Source of the DNA: Octopus sinensis
Taxonomy: Eukaryota
Direction: 5' to 3'
DNA: 64,000 nucleotides
Assembly: GCF_006345805.1 (NCBI RefSeq)
Contig: NC_043004.1
Location: 70,804,001 to 70,868,000, forward strand
Made by a program: the position numbers and the translations under genes. The number at the start of each line of letters is the position of its first letter. The first letter of the stretch is position 1. Below are positions 1 to 13,400 of the stretch, in pieces. A model generated the notes under the pieces. That model was given only the letters and a program-made list of their open reading frames with translations, had not been told where the DNA came from and did not search any database.

Positions 1-420
1 ACACACACACACGCACCGACTTCCACATCCAAGCGCGTGCACACATTCTCTCTCTTCCTCCCTCCCCCATGGACACAAACGCACTTGCAATTCTCTCACA
101 CATGCACTTTCTCTCTCATAAACACCATCTCATAAACACGCACACATTCTCTCTTATATACACACACACACACACGCACATTCGGCACAAAACCCCGCTA
201 ATATGTTCCTGATTCTCGCAAGTGTTGTATTTTGCGCATTCACTTGCACTCTGGAACGGCATGAAAGCCACAGATTCCTATTATTTCGTCTCTTGTATGT
301 TCTGAAGGAGTCATAGTTACTGTATTTCCGCATGCATAAATACAAATACATAAAATTCTTCCTCTTAATGTTGATTTTTGTAGCAGTTTATATGATTCTC
401 ACTCTCTGTCTCTATCACAC

Positions 421-421
421 A

Positions 422-480
<59 letters not shown>

Positions 481-555
481 TTGTCTGTCTATCTATCTAT
501 CTATCTATCTATTTGTCTGTCTATCTATCTATCTATCTATTTGTTTGTCTATCTG

Positions 556-628
<73 letters not shown>

Positions 629-675
629 TTGTCTGTCTATTTATCTATCTATCTATTTGTCTATCTATCTATCTG

Positions 676-710
<35 letters not shown>

Positions 711-793
711 CTCTCTCTCTCTCTCTCTCTGTATGTATCTATCAATCTATCTATCTGTATGTATGTTTGTATGTATGTATGTATGTATCTCTA

Positions 794-844
<51 letters not shown>

Positions 845-860
845 GTCTGTCTATATCTAT
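421..860. repeat. Compound (ATCT)n/(CT)n/(GTAT)n microsatellite
   Basis: Directly visible tetranucleotide array. It explains the YLSI-repeat ORFs at 332-1034. Confidence 0.97.
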
Positions 861-1369
861 CTATCTTTCTTTCCGCCCGTCCGTCGGTCTGTCTGTCTCT
901 ACATACATACACATATACACGTATGCATGCATTCAAATAAGTATTTGTCTACGTATCTATATATATATATGTATATATGCATACACATGTATGTGTGTAT
1001 GTGTTTGGTGTGTGTATATATTTTGAACTACTAGTTTGTGTTGTGTATCACACACACACACATATTCAGCTCTTTCACTCTACATATACATACATTTCTC
1101 TCTTTCTCTCTATGTATCTAACCATCTATGTATATGTGTGTGTGTGGTGTATATATATATATATATATATATCCATTACTGCTATTCGGTGTCGTTATAA
1201 TAAACATATAAACAACACACGTAGTGATCGGAGACTTTCATTATATTCTGCTATTAACCATTTCCGAACTGTATATTCTGTCTGTATCGCATGCAAGTGT
1301 CTACACGCATTACATACATACATATATGGATTTTAATGTTTGTATAGGTAGGTGTGCATGTTTTCGTGT

Positions 1370-1580
1370 GTATATATATGTGTGTGTGTGTGTATGTATA
1401 ATTGGTTTTTAATGGTTGTTGAGGGTTAATGTATATTTGTGAATGTGTGGATGTTTGTGCGTGCGTATGTGTATGTGTGCGTGTGTGTATGTGTGGGTGC
1501 GTGTGTGTGTGCGTGTGTCCGTGTGTGTGTGTGTGCGTGTGCGTGTATGTGTGTATGTGTATGTGTGTATGTGTCTGTGT
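1370..1580. repeat. (GT)n-type compound microsatellite
   Basis: Alternating GT/GC/AT dinucleotide runs. Confidence 0.95.
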
Positions 1581-1910
1581 TCTCTAGTAAACATGCACTT
1601 GATTTACGCTGCTTTTCCTCTCCTCCGAAACCCTATAGCTGTTACCATGGCTAAATATCGCGGCAAAAACACATACACACCGTCTTACAAACATGCACGC
1701 ACGCACCATCACGCAAACACACACACAACCATATAAACACACATACAAACACACGCTTTTATAAACATATAAACACGCGCCTATTTACATATACTCGCGC
1801 GCTCACACGGCATTGATTTCGTTCATTACAACTCTTACCTCCACGACCACCACCACATTTACAGTTTACTCGAAATAACGACAGACACAACGAACAAGGA
1901 AACGATTGAG

Positions 1911-1978
<68 letters not shown>

Positions 1979-3096
1979 GTCCTCTATGCGATTGTTCGAC
2001 AGGCTAGAAATAGCTGCCAAATCTCCCCCCCCCCTTTATCGCGTATCACATTTTACTTCCATGTACGAAGGACATGTATAATAGGGTCCAGGTTATTGTA
2101 CAGCATCGTAAAGCAAAAGATGGGATGGTCAGGATTGGAACGCTTTTGATCATATGTTTTCTTGGTCAGGCCAGGCTGGAGCTAAACGACTTCAACAAGA
2201 GAAAGGTTAAATGGCTGTATTATTAACCTCTATACACATATTTTTTTACTCATTGCAGTAGCAGTTGTAAAATCAATTGGTTGTATTAATAGTAATGACA
2301 ACAATAGTTGTTGAGTCTTTATTTCCTTGAGAAAAGGCATAAATGCCACTGAATCGTATTTCGTCAATCTGAATGTACCATTGAAAGAAATCAATGAGAT
2401 TGTTATTATTTATTCCTCCCCTCTTCGTATTCAATCGTGATTGAGTAGAACCATATTATAATCGAAGGTAGGTACTCTAGTTGTGACCATCACGTGTTAA
2501 TTTTATTAAAAACGTTAAGATATATATATATATATTTTCGCATTATTTACTTTACAAAGGGCTCCCTTTTATTTAAATGAATTTTTCTGCATTTTCCAGG
2601 GTTTTGAAAGGGTTGTGCTTTCCGTCCCCACTTTTTAAAAATCTTTTAATTAGGAGAAAAGGCAGAGCCCATGGCCCTTTAAAGGACCTTTGACATGGGT
2701 GCAAGAAAACATCTTCCATCAGAAGGTCTCAAGGTAGGAGATGGCCTGAATACTTGCAACAGAATCATTGTCATTACCACCATCATCATCAACCCCCTGG
2801 ACTTTATTGTCTTGAGTCCTTAAAATCTTAGGGTCAGTTACTTGGTTTCCATGACATAATTGACTGAGATCACAACATCCCTCATGCATGTGGGGGCACC
2901 AATCCATCACAGGGACTGGAGTGGACCAGAGCAAGCATGAGATTAAGTGTTTTGCTCAAGAACATAACACACTGCCTAATCCAGGAATCGAAACCGCAAT
3001 CTTGCAATCACCCTAACCTTACAGTCATGTACCTTCAGTTTGCAACAGAATAGTCTGCTATAAGCATCCAAAGCACCAAATCAAATCAAGTCAGAT

Positions 3097-3324
3097 TTAA
3101 CCCTTTTAGCATTCAGGTTACTCTGTCAAATGTAATGCTTATTTATTCACATTATTTTGAATTAATCATGAATTATCTCATAGCTTTGAGATTTGATGAT
3201 GTGATTCTTTGTTTTTAAAACATCATTTTAAGGTTGGTGTGAGAGGCCAGATCTGGTCAGTTTGTATATAAAACTGGTAGAATATTTGGACTGGATATGG
3301 TCAGTTTAAATGCTAATGGATTAA
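3097..3324. mobile_element. piggyBac-like MITE, family P1
   Basis: TTAA at both ends. Short TIR cccttttagcattc / aaatgctaatgga. Related copies at 5336-5787 and 20664-20904. Confidence 0.7.
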
Positions 3325-3816
3325 GCCCTTCTCTCCCTTTGGAGCATAAGCCATCAATGATTTTCCCCCTCTGTTTTTAACTCAGGGCTCTCTTTTCTGC
3401 TTCACTTCTCTCCAAAAGGATCCTTGATTTTTTCAGCTCTGCTTCAGTATCTCTCCTATATTTCCTCAAGTGAAGGCCTTCTCCCTATTCTTGTTGGTTT
3501 TAAATGGTCATCAATGCATCTGTAACTTTGCTTTTTTATAGGTAATCCCATGGTTGTTCATGACCTAAGGGGGTCTTCACTCTTTACTAATTTCCAACCA
3601 ATCATCAATGACAGTATTCACCAAACACATATTTTACATTAAAATACTTCATTTTCTGACTATATCAACATAATACAACTGAATCGTTTGGTTGTTCTTT
3701 ACCAATTTAAGCATTTTTATTTAATTTCTTTAAATAGTTTGTCATTAAAAACTAGTACTGACACAAAAGAACAAAGGTGTTAATGCTTTTAAATCAAAAA
3801 AATTTCTTAATTTAAT

Positions 3817-3982
3817 AGGTGCAGGAGGGGCTGTGTGGTAAGTAGCTTGCTTACCAACCACATGGTTCCGGGTTCAGTCCCACTGCATGGCACCTTGGGC
3901 AAGTGTCTTCTACTATAGCTTCCGGCTGACCAAAGCCTTGTGAGTGGATTTGGTTGACAGAAGCTGAAAGAAGTCTGTTGTA

Positions 3983-4031
<49 letters not shown>

Positions 4032-4237
4032 TATATATGTATGTGTGTGTATATGTTTGTGTGTCTGTGTTTGTCCCTCCAACATTGCTTGACAATCAAT
4101 GCTGGTGTGTTTACATCACCGTAACTTAGCGGTTTGGCAAAAGACACCGATAGAATAAGTCCTGGGGTTGATTTGCTTGACTAAAGGCGGTGCTCCAGCA
4201 TGGCCACAGTCAAATGACTGAAACAAGTAAAGAGTAA
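3817..4237 (+). mobile_element. tRNA-headed SINE, family A (internal (TA)n(TG)n tract)
   Basis: Head ggctgtgtggtaag...gggttcagtccc (A/B-box-like), core ccttgggcaagtgtctt, tail gactgaaacaagtaaagag. More than 15 copies in the window. Confidence 0.9.
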
Positions 4238-4561
4238 TTCTTCTGTCAGCTATCGTATCTTTTCTTTCTTCTACTTTATCTTTCCTTGTTTCTCATTGGA
4301 CTATGACTATGTTGGGGTCACTGTCTTGAAGAGATGATGATGATCATCATCAGCCAGTGTTTTAAATCTGAGTTTTGTCCCTGTTAACAGATCTACCTCC
4401 AAGCCATAGCAACTGCCCTCACACCATCTCACCATCTTGCCTGGTTTTGGGCGTCCTCCTTTTACAAACCAACCCTCCCAATCTCTTCCTCCATGAAGTA
4501 TTTTAATGTAAAATATGCGTTTGGTGAATACAGTCATTGATGATTGGTTGGAAATTAGTAA

Positions 4562-4898
4562 AGAGTAAAGACCCCCTTAGGTCATGAACAACCATGGGAT
4601 TGCATCTAGAAAGTTCCCCTTTGAAGCACAAGTCCAGGCAAGATTGTTTATGGAAGACCGCAGTCACCCATGCATACCAGCCTCCTCTTCCTCTCCACAC
4701 CACCGATGTTATCCCACGGAAAGTCAAAGACCGACACAGCTTGGCACCAGTGATGTTGAAACACATTTCTACAGATGAGTAAACTGGAATAACATGAAAT
4801 AAAGTGTCTTGCTCAAGAACACAACACAGCCTGGTCCAGGAATTGAACTCACTACCTCATGAACCCGACGCCCTAACCACTGAGCCATGCACCTTCTT
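4562..4898 (-). mobile_element. tRNA-headed SINE, family B
   Basis: The minus strand reads gaaggtgcatggctcagtggttaggg...gagttcaattcc, then the gttgtgttcttgagcaagacac core. Copies at about 38690-39027, 49085-49420, 50645-50982 and 60665-60995. Confidence 0.88.
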
Positions 4899-5335
4899 GA
4901 ACTTTTACTTTTAAGTTACTGTGCTCTTCCAGATTCACTTTGTTAATAATTTAGCATCCTTAATGCTCAAAATTGTTTTAGGTGTTTATTGACTGCCTTT
5001 AGACAACCAATTAGACACCCCATCCTCTAGGGGTCAATACTGATCATATTGCTGACCGACCCCTGTTAAAGACTTTCTCAGTTCATCTATCTGACAAATT
5101 TTGAACTCAGCTTATCAATACAGTTCTATATTAACAACAAACAAGATGAGGACAAATATCCATCAACTGTAAATAATGTAAGTAATCAGCTCATCAATAT
5201 CTACTATTAACCTTTGTAGATCCCAGGATGGGAATTGTTGTATTAGGACCAGATTTGAGGAAAATTTGGCTGCTATTTCTAGCAGATTGAGCAACAAAAT
5301 AGAAGCTTCCTCATTGAGCTTGTGATTTCTGATTC

Positions 5336-5787
5336 TTAACTCTTTAGCATTTAAACCGGCTATATCTGGCCCATTATTCTACCTGCTTTGTGTTCAAAAT
5401 GGTTAGATTTGGTCTTTCATGCCTATCCTACAATGTCATTCTAAAAATAAATGTTCACGTCATTAAAATCGATATAATGCGTGATTAATTCAGAACAATG
5501 TAATTAAATACAACTTGCCAAAACATTTGAGGGATCTCCATGGATTGGGGGTTGACGTTTTCAAGAAACAACTTGACCTCTTGCTATCCAAAGTCCCAGA
5601 TGAACCGTATCAAGGCAGGAGACTCAAAAGAGGGCATCATTGTCGAACACCATCCTTCACCAATATTGGCCATTAAAGGGGTGATTGCACAGGCAGAGCC
5701 ACAGCATTAAGGCTGAAACATGTAATGGGATAAAAGAATAAAATAAGACCTTTATGTGGTAGAGAAATCTGAATGCTAAAGGTTTAA
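5336..5787. mobile_element. piggyBac-like MITE (P1) interrupted by a LINE 3' fragment
   Basis: ttaactctttagcattt ... gaatgctaaaggtttaa termini. The body matches 3097-3324 in reverse. Confidence 0.65.
5509..5745 (+). mobile_element. 3' fragment of a CR1/L2-group LINE (ORF2 C-terminus plus tail)
   Basis: Translates to YNLPKHLRDLHGLGVDVFKKQLDLLLSKVPDEP, matching the N.LP..R...FK..LD..L..PDEP C-terminal motif of CR1-group reverse transcriptase ORFs. Confidence 0.75.
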
Positions 5788-6242
5788 ATAACCATTTTAT
5801 CTGATACATTATATTGTTAGTAGTTTATTTGGTTCTTATTTTTATTAAAGAAAAATGGAAAATAATTCCTACCTTTGGCAGAATTTGAGCTCTGGACAGT
5901 AAGGTATTGAATTACAAAAAGTAAGCCAGTATATCATTGGACTTACAAGAAATAGCAGCCAATTTCCACTTAATTACACTGAAGGTGGTAATTCAGCATG
6001 AGGCATAATTGCCCTACTATCACCAAAACGAAAAACAAACTCAAAAAATCCCCCAAAAAACTTACTAAAAAACTCTGCTACTTTTAAACTCCTTGCCTAG
6101 GGATCACATGTAATACACAGGCCCTTTTTTTCCTGGCATCCATGCATCATTTATAATACACATTCCCAATTTTTTTTCCGATCACTAGAGTTACTTAGGA
6201 CTTAAGAGAGAAAAGCTTAATACTACTCAAAGTGTACATTAC

Positions 6243-6450
6243 TCTTTCACTTGTTCCAGTCATTTGACTGTGGCCATGCTGGAGTATCACTTTTAGTCTA
6301 GCAAATCGACCCCAGGACTTATTCTTTGTAAGCCTAGTACTTATTCTATCGGTGTCTTTTGCAGATCCGCTAAGTTACGGTGATGTAAACACACCAGCAT
6401 TGGTTGTCAAGCAATGTTGGAGGGACAAACACAGACACACAAACATATAT

Positions 6451-6493
<43 letters not shown>

Positions 6494-6655
6494 TATATAC
6501 GACAGACTTCTTTCAGCTTCTGTCTACCAAATCCACTCACAAGGCTTTGGTCAGCCCGAAGCTATAGTAGAAGACACTTGCCCAAGGTGCCACGCAGTGG
6601 GACTGAACCATGTGGTTGGTAAGCAAGCTACTTCCCACACAGCCACTCCTACGCC
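6243..6655 (-). mobile_element. SINE family A
   Basis: Reverse-complement match to 3817-4237. Confidence 0.9.
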
Positions 6656-6664
6656 TATTATTTA

Positions 6665-6863
6665 TATTCGACAGATATTAATCCTCATCTTGTTTGTTGT
6701 TAACACAACGTTTCGGCTGGTACACCCTCCAGCCTTCATCAGGTGTCTTGGGGAAATTTTGAACCTGGGTTCTCATTCCTAAGGTATTTTTTCTTTTGAT
6801 GTTATTATTATTATTATTATTAAGGTCACTGTCTGGAATTGAACTCATTATCTTGGGGTTAGA
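6665..6863 (-). mobile_element. tRNA-headed, hammerhead-bearing SINE (family H), truncated
   Basis: Reverse complement of the element at 58876-59149: partial tRNA-like head, (AAT)n, then the hammerhead tail. Confidence 0.85.
6702..6747 (-). ncRNA. Minimal type I hammerhead ribozyme motif (PLE-type)
   Basis: RNA sense reads GACAC-CUGAUGA-A-GGCUG(loop)CAGCC-GAAA-CG-UU-GUGUU. It has both conserved core boxes, a perfect 5-bp stem II, a 5-bp stem I and a palindromic ACGU in place of stem III. Activity is untested. Confidence 0.7.
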
Positions 6864-7284
6864 ACTACTCAAAATGTATGAAACAAGGGCTAAGCAAAAG
6901 TCTGAAAAGAAGCATGGATTTTTAGGACAAACCTATGAAAATGTTTTGGACAGAGAAAGGGTTAAAAAAGAAAGCAGATGTTGGATAAAGTAGTCCTGGA
7001 TATTCAAAAAGATGGGATGTTTCCTCTTGTTTACAACTATTATGTAACAAACATCCATCCACACACACATTGATGAGCTTCTTTTAATTTCTATCTTCCA
7101 AATCCACTCTCAAGTCTTTGGTTGGCTCAGGGTTGTAGTAGAAGACACTTATCCAAGATGCTGTACAGTGGGACTGAACTTAAAACCACACGGTTGGGAG
7201 CAAGCAAGCTTTTGAACCATGCAGTCATGCCTGAGCCTATACACAAGTAATCATATGCAGATGTGTTTAATTCTGTATTCCTAT

Positions 7285-7425
7285 GGAAGAGGGAGACCAA
7301 GGAAGACATGGGACAAAGTATTGATGAGCCTTATGAAGATGACGGAGGTCTGAGATATGTGGTGCATTGCTGTAACTCAAGAGAATCCACCCACCACAAC
7401 AGAACTGATATCCTAAGACCAAGGT
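7285..7425 (+). mobile_element. RTE-clade LINE ORF2 C-terminus remnant
   Basis: Translates to GRGRPRKTWDKV..., the G.R.RGRPRKTW motif at the end of RTE ORF2. A homologous reading GRCRPRKTWDEVV occurs at 44861. Confidence 0.75.
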
Positions 7426-10400
7426 ACCATGTAAAAGCATTGGTGCTGGTGCCACATAAAAAGCACTGGTGCTGGTGCCACATAAAAAGCACTGGTGCTG
7501 GTGTCACATAAAAAGCACTGGTGCTGGTGCCATGTAAAAAGCACTGGTGCTGGTGCCATGTAAAAAGCACTGGTGCTGGTGCCACATAAAAAGCACTGGT
7601 GCTGGTGCCATGTAAAAAGCACTGGTGCTGGTGCCACATAAAAAGCACTGGTGCTGGTGTCACATAAAAAGCACTGGTGCTGGTGCCACATAAAAAGCAC
7701 TGGTGATGGTGCCATGTAAAAAGCACTGGTGCTGGTGTCACATAAAAAGCACTGGTGCTGGTGCCATGTAAAAAGCACTGGTGCTGGTGCCATGTAAAAA
7801 GCACTGGTGCTGGTGCCACATAAAAAGCACTGGTGCTGGTGCCATGTAAAAAGCACTGGTGATGGTGCCATGTAAAAAGCACTGGTGCTGGTGCCACATA
7901 AAAAGCACTGGTGCTGGTGCCATGTAAAAAGCACTGGTCCTGGTGCCATGTAAAAAGCACTGGTGCTGGTGCCACATAAAAAGCACTGGTGCTGGTGCCA
8001 TGTAAAAAGCACTGGTGATGGTGCCATGTAAAAAGCACTGGTGCTGGTGCCATGTAAAAAGTACTGGTGCTGGTGCCATGTAAAAAGCACTGGTGCTGGT
8101 GCCACATAAAAAGCACTGGTCCTGGTGCCATGTAAAAAGCACTGGTGCTGGTGCCATGTAAAAAGCACTGGTGATGGTGCCATGTAAAAAGCACTGGTGC
8201 TGGTGCCATGTAAAAAGCACTGGTGCTGGTGCCACATAAAAAGCACTGGTCCTGGTGCCACATAAAAAGCACTGGTGCTGGTGTCACATAAAAAGCACTG
8301 GTGCTGGTGCCATGTAAAAAGCACTGGTGCTGGTGCCACATAAAAAGCACTGGCGATGGTGCCATGTAAAAAGCACTGGTGCTGGTGCCACATAAAAAGC
8401 ACTGGTGCTGGTGCCACATAAAAAGCACTGGTGATGGTGCCATGTAAAAAGCACTGGTGCTGGTGCCACATAAAAAGCACTGGTGCTGGTGTCACATAAA
8501 AAGCACTGGTCCTGGTGCCACATAAAAAGCACTGGTGCTGGTGTCACATAAAAAGCACTGGTGATGGTGCCATGTAAAAAGCACTGGTCCTGGTGCCATG
8601 TAAAAAGCACTGGTGATGGTGCCATGTAAAAAGCACTGGTGATGGTGCCATGTAAAAAGCACTGGTGCTGGTGCCATGTAAAAAGCACTGGTGCTGGTGC
8701 CACATAAAAAGCACTGGTCCTGGTGCCACATAAAAAGCACTGGTGCTGGTGTCACATAAAAAGCACTGGTGATGGTGCCATGTAAAAAGCACTGGTCCTG
8801 GTGCCATGTAAAAAGCACTGGTGATGGTGCCATGTAAAAAGCACTGGTGATGGTGCCATGTAAAAAGCACTGGTGCTGGTGCCATGTAAAAAGCACTGGT
8901 CCTGGTGCCACATAAAAAGCACTGGTGCTGGTGTCACATAAAAAGCACTGGTGCTGGTGCCATGTAAAAAGCACTGGTGCTGGTGTCACATAAAAAGCAC
9001 TGGTGCTGGTGCCACATAAAAAGCACTGGTGCTGGTGCCACATAAAAAGCACTGGTCCTGGTGCCACATAAAAAGCACTGGTGCTGGTGTCACATAAAAA
9101 GCACTGGTGCTGGTGCCATGTAAAAAGCACTGGTGCTGGTGCCACATAAAAAGCACTGGTGCTGGTGCCACATAAAAAGCACTGGTGATGGTGCCATGTA
9201 AAAAGCACTGGTGCTGGTGCCACATAAAAAGCACTGGTGCTGGTGTCACATAAAAAGCACTGGTGATGGTGCCATGTAAAAAGCACTGGTCCTGGTGCCA
9301 TGTAAAAAGCACTGGTGCTGGTGCCACATAAAAAGCACTGGTGCTGGTGTCACATAAAAAGCACTGGTGCTGGTGCCATGTAAAAAGCACTGGTGCTGGT
9401 GCCACATAAAAAGCACTGGTGCTGGTGTCACATAAAAAGCACTGGTGCTGGTGCCACATAAAAAGCACTGGTGCTGGTGTCACATAAAAAGCACTGGTGC
9501 TGGTGCCACATAAAAAGCACTGGTGATGGTGCCATGTAAAAAGCACTGGTGATGGTGCCATGTAAAAAGCACTGGTCCTGGTGCCATGTAAAAAGCACTG
9601 GTGCTGGTGCCACAAAAAAGCACTGGTGCTGGGGTCACATAAAAAGCACTGGTGCTGTGCCATGTAAAAAGCACTGGTGCTGGTTGCCACATAAAAAGCA
9701 CTGGTGCTGGTGTCACATAAAAAGCACTGGTGCTGGTGCCACATAAAAAGCACTGGTGCTGGTGTCACATAAAAAGCACTGGTGCTGGTGCCATGTAAAA
9801 AGCACTGGTGCTGGTGCCATGTAAAAAAAGCTGGTGATGGTGCCATGTAAAAAGCACTGGTCCTGGTGCCATGTAAAAAGCACTGGTGCTGGTGCCATGT
9901 AAAAAGCACTGGTGCTGGTGCCACATAAAAAGCACTGGTGCTGGTGTGTCACATAAAAAGCACTGGTGCTGGTGCCATGTAAAAAGCACTGGTGCTGGTG
10001 CCATGTAAAAAGCACTGGTGCTGGTGCCATGTAAAAAGCACTGGTGCTGGTGTCACATAAAAAGCACTGGTCCTGGTGCCACATAAAAAGCACTGGTGCT
10101 GGTGCCATGTAAAAAGCACTGGTGCTGGTGCCACATAAAAAGCACTGGTGCTGGTGCCACAGAAAAGCACTGGTGCTGGTGCCACATAGAAAGCACTGGT
10201 GCTGGTGCCATGTAAAAAGCGCTGGAGATGGTGCCACAGAAAAGCACTGGTGCTGGTGCCACATAGAAAGCACTGGTGCTGGTGCCATGTAAAAAGCGCT
10301 GGAGATGGTGCCACAGAAAAAGCACTGGTGCTGGTGCCACATAGAAAGCACTGGTGCTGGTGCCACATAAAAAGCACTGGTGCTGGTGCCATGTAAAAAG

Positions 10401-13400
10401 CACTGGTCCTGGTGCCACATAAAAAGCATTGGTGCTGGTGCCATGTGTAAAAAGCACTGGTGCTGGTGCCATGAAAAAGCACTGGTGCTGGTGCCACATA
10501 AAAGCACTGGTGCTGGTGCCACATAAAAAGCACTGGTGCTGGTGCCACATAAAAAGCACTGGTGCTGGTGCCATGTAAAAAGCACTGGTCCTGCCATGTA
10601 AAAAGCACTGGTGCTGGTGCCATGTAAAAAGCACTGGTGCTGGTGCCACATAAAAAGCACTGGTGCTGGTGTCACATAAAAAGCACTGGTGCTGGTGCCA
10701 TGTAAAAAGCACTGGTGCTGGTGCCATGTAAAAAGCACTGGTGCTGGTGTCACATAAAAAGCACTGGTCCTGGTGCCACATAAAAAGCACTGGTGCTGGT
10801 GCCATGTAAAAAGCACTGGTGCTGGTGCCATGTAAAAAGCACTGGTGCTGGTGCCACATAAAAAGCACTGGTGCTGGTGCCACATAAAAAGCACTGGTGC
10901 TGGTGCCACATAAAAAGCACTGGTGCTGGTGCCATGTAAAAAGCACTGGTCCTGGTGCCACATAAAAAGCATTGGTGCTGGTGCCATGTAAAAAGCACTG
11001 GTGCTGGTGCCATGTAAAAAGCACTGGTGCTGGTGCCACATAAAAAGCACTGGTGCTGGTGCCACATAAAAAGCACTGGTGCTGGTGCCACATAAAAAGC
11101 ACTGGTGCTGGTGCCATGTAAAAAGCACTGGTCCTGGTGCCATGTAAAAAGCACTGGTGCTGGTGCCATGTAAAAAGCACTGGTGCTGGTGCCACATAAA
11201 AAGCACTGGTGCTGGTGTCACATAAAAAGCACTGGTGCTGGTGCCATGTAAAAAGCACTGGTGCTGGTGCCATGTAAAAAGCACTGGTGCTGGTGCCATG
11301 TAAAAAGCACTGGTGCTGGTGTCACATAAAAAGCACTGGTCCTGGTGCCACATAAAAAGCACTGGTGCTGGTGCCATGTAAAAAGCACTGGTGCTGGTGC
11401 CATGTAAAAAGCACTGGTGCTGGTGCCACATAAAAAGCACTGGTGCTGGTGCCACATAAAAAGCACTGGTGCTGGTGCCACATAAAAAGCACTGGTGCTG
11501 GTGCCATGTAAAAAGCACTGGTGCTGGTGTCACATAAAAAGCACTGGTCCTGGTGCCATGTAAAAAGCACTGGTGCTGGTGCCATGTAAAAAGCACTGGT
11601 GCTGGTGCCATGTAAAAAGTACTGGCGATGGTGCCACATAAAAAGCACTGGTCCTGGTGCCATGTAAAAAGCACTGGTGCTGGTGCCATGTAAAAAGCAC
11701 TGGTGATGGTGCCATGTAAAAAGCACTGGTGCTGGTGTCACATAAAAAGCACTGGTGCTGGTGCCATGTAAAAAGCACTGGTGCTGGTGCCATGTAAAAA
11801 GCACTGGTGCTGGTGCCATGTAAAAAGCACTGGTGATGGTGCCATGTAAAAAGCACTGGTGCTGGTGCCACATAAAAAGCACTGGTGCTGGTGCCATGTA
11901 AAAAGCACTGGTGATGGTGCCATGTAAAAAGCACTGGTGCTGGTGCCACATAAAAAGCACTGGTGCTGGTGCCATGTAAAAAGCACTGGTGATGGTGCCA
12001 TGTAAAAAGCACTGGTGATGGTGCCATGTAAAAAGCACTGGTGCTGGTGCCATGTAAAAAGCACTGGTGCTGGTGCCACATAAAAAGCACTGGTGCTGGT
12101 GCCACATAAAAAGCACTGGTGCTGGTGCCATGTAAAAAGCACTGGTGCTGGTGCCACATAAAAAGCACTGGTGCTGGTGTCACATAAAAAGCACTGGTGC
12201 TGGTGCCACATAAAAAGCACTGGTGCTGGTGTCACATAAAAAGCACTGGTGATGGTGCCATGTAAAAAGCACTGGTCCTGGTGCCATGTAAAAAGCACTG
12301 GTGCTGGTGTCACATAAAAAGCACTGGTGCTGGTGCCATGTAAAAAGCACTGGTGCTGGTGCCACATAAAAAGCACTGGTGCTGGTGCCATGTAAAAAGC
12401 ACTGGTGCTGGTGCCACATAAAAAGCACTGGTGCTGGTGTCACATAAAAAGCACTGGTGCTGGTGCCATGTAAAAAGCACTGGTGCTGGTGCCATGTAAA
12501 AAGCACTGGTGCTGGTGCCACATAAAAAGCACTGGTGCTGGTGCCACATAAAAAGCACTGGTGCTGGTGCCATGTAAAAAGCACTGGTGCTGGTGTCACA
12601 TAAAAAGCACTGGTCCTGGTGCCATGTAAAAAGCACTGGTGCTGGTGCCATGTAAAAAGCACTGGTGCTGGTGCCATGTAAAAAGTACTGGTGATGGTGC
12701 CATGTAAAAAGCACTGGTGCTGGTGCCATGTAAAAAGCACTGGTGATGGTGCCATGTAAAAAGCACTGGTGCTGGTGCCATGTAAAAAGCACTGGTGCTG
12801 GTGTCACATAAAAAGCACTGGTGCTGGTGCCATGTAAAAAGCACTGGTGCTGGTGTCACATAAAAAGCACTGGTGCTGGTGTCACATAAAAAGCACTGGT
12901 CCTGGTGCCATGTAAAAAGCACTGGTGCTGGTGCCATGTAAAAAGCACTGGTGCTGGTGCCATGTAAAACACTGTCCTGGTGCCATGTAAAAAGCACTGG
13001 TGCTGGTGCCATGTAAAAAGCACTGGTGATGGTGCCATGTAAAAAGCACTGGTGATGGTGCCATGTAAAAAGCACTGGTGCTGGTGCCATGTAAAAAGCA
13101 CTGGTGCTGGTGCCATGTAAAAAGTACTGGCGATGGTGCCACATAAAAAGCACTGGTGCTGGTGTCACATAAAAAGCACTGGTGCTGGTGTCACATAAAA
13201 AGCACTGGTCCTGGTGCCATGTAAAAAGCACTGGTGCTGGTGCCATGTAAAAAGCACTGGTGCTGGTGCCACATAAAAAGCACTGGTCCTGGTGCCACAT
13301 AAAAAGCACTGGTGCTGGTGCCATGTAAAAAGCACTGGTGCTGGTGCCACATAAAAAGCACTGGTGCTGGTGTCACATAAAAAGCACTGGTGCTGGTGTC

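Noticed and set aside
332-1736. YLSI/CVCV/HTHT-type ORFs here and at 23060-23703, 29700-30750, 34600-35090, 41750-42050 and 49400-52150
   Set aside because: These are translations of microsatellites.
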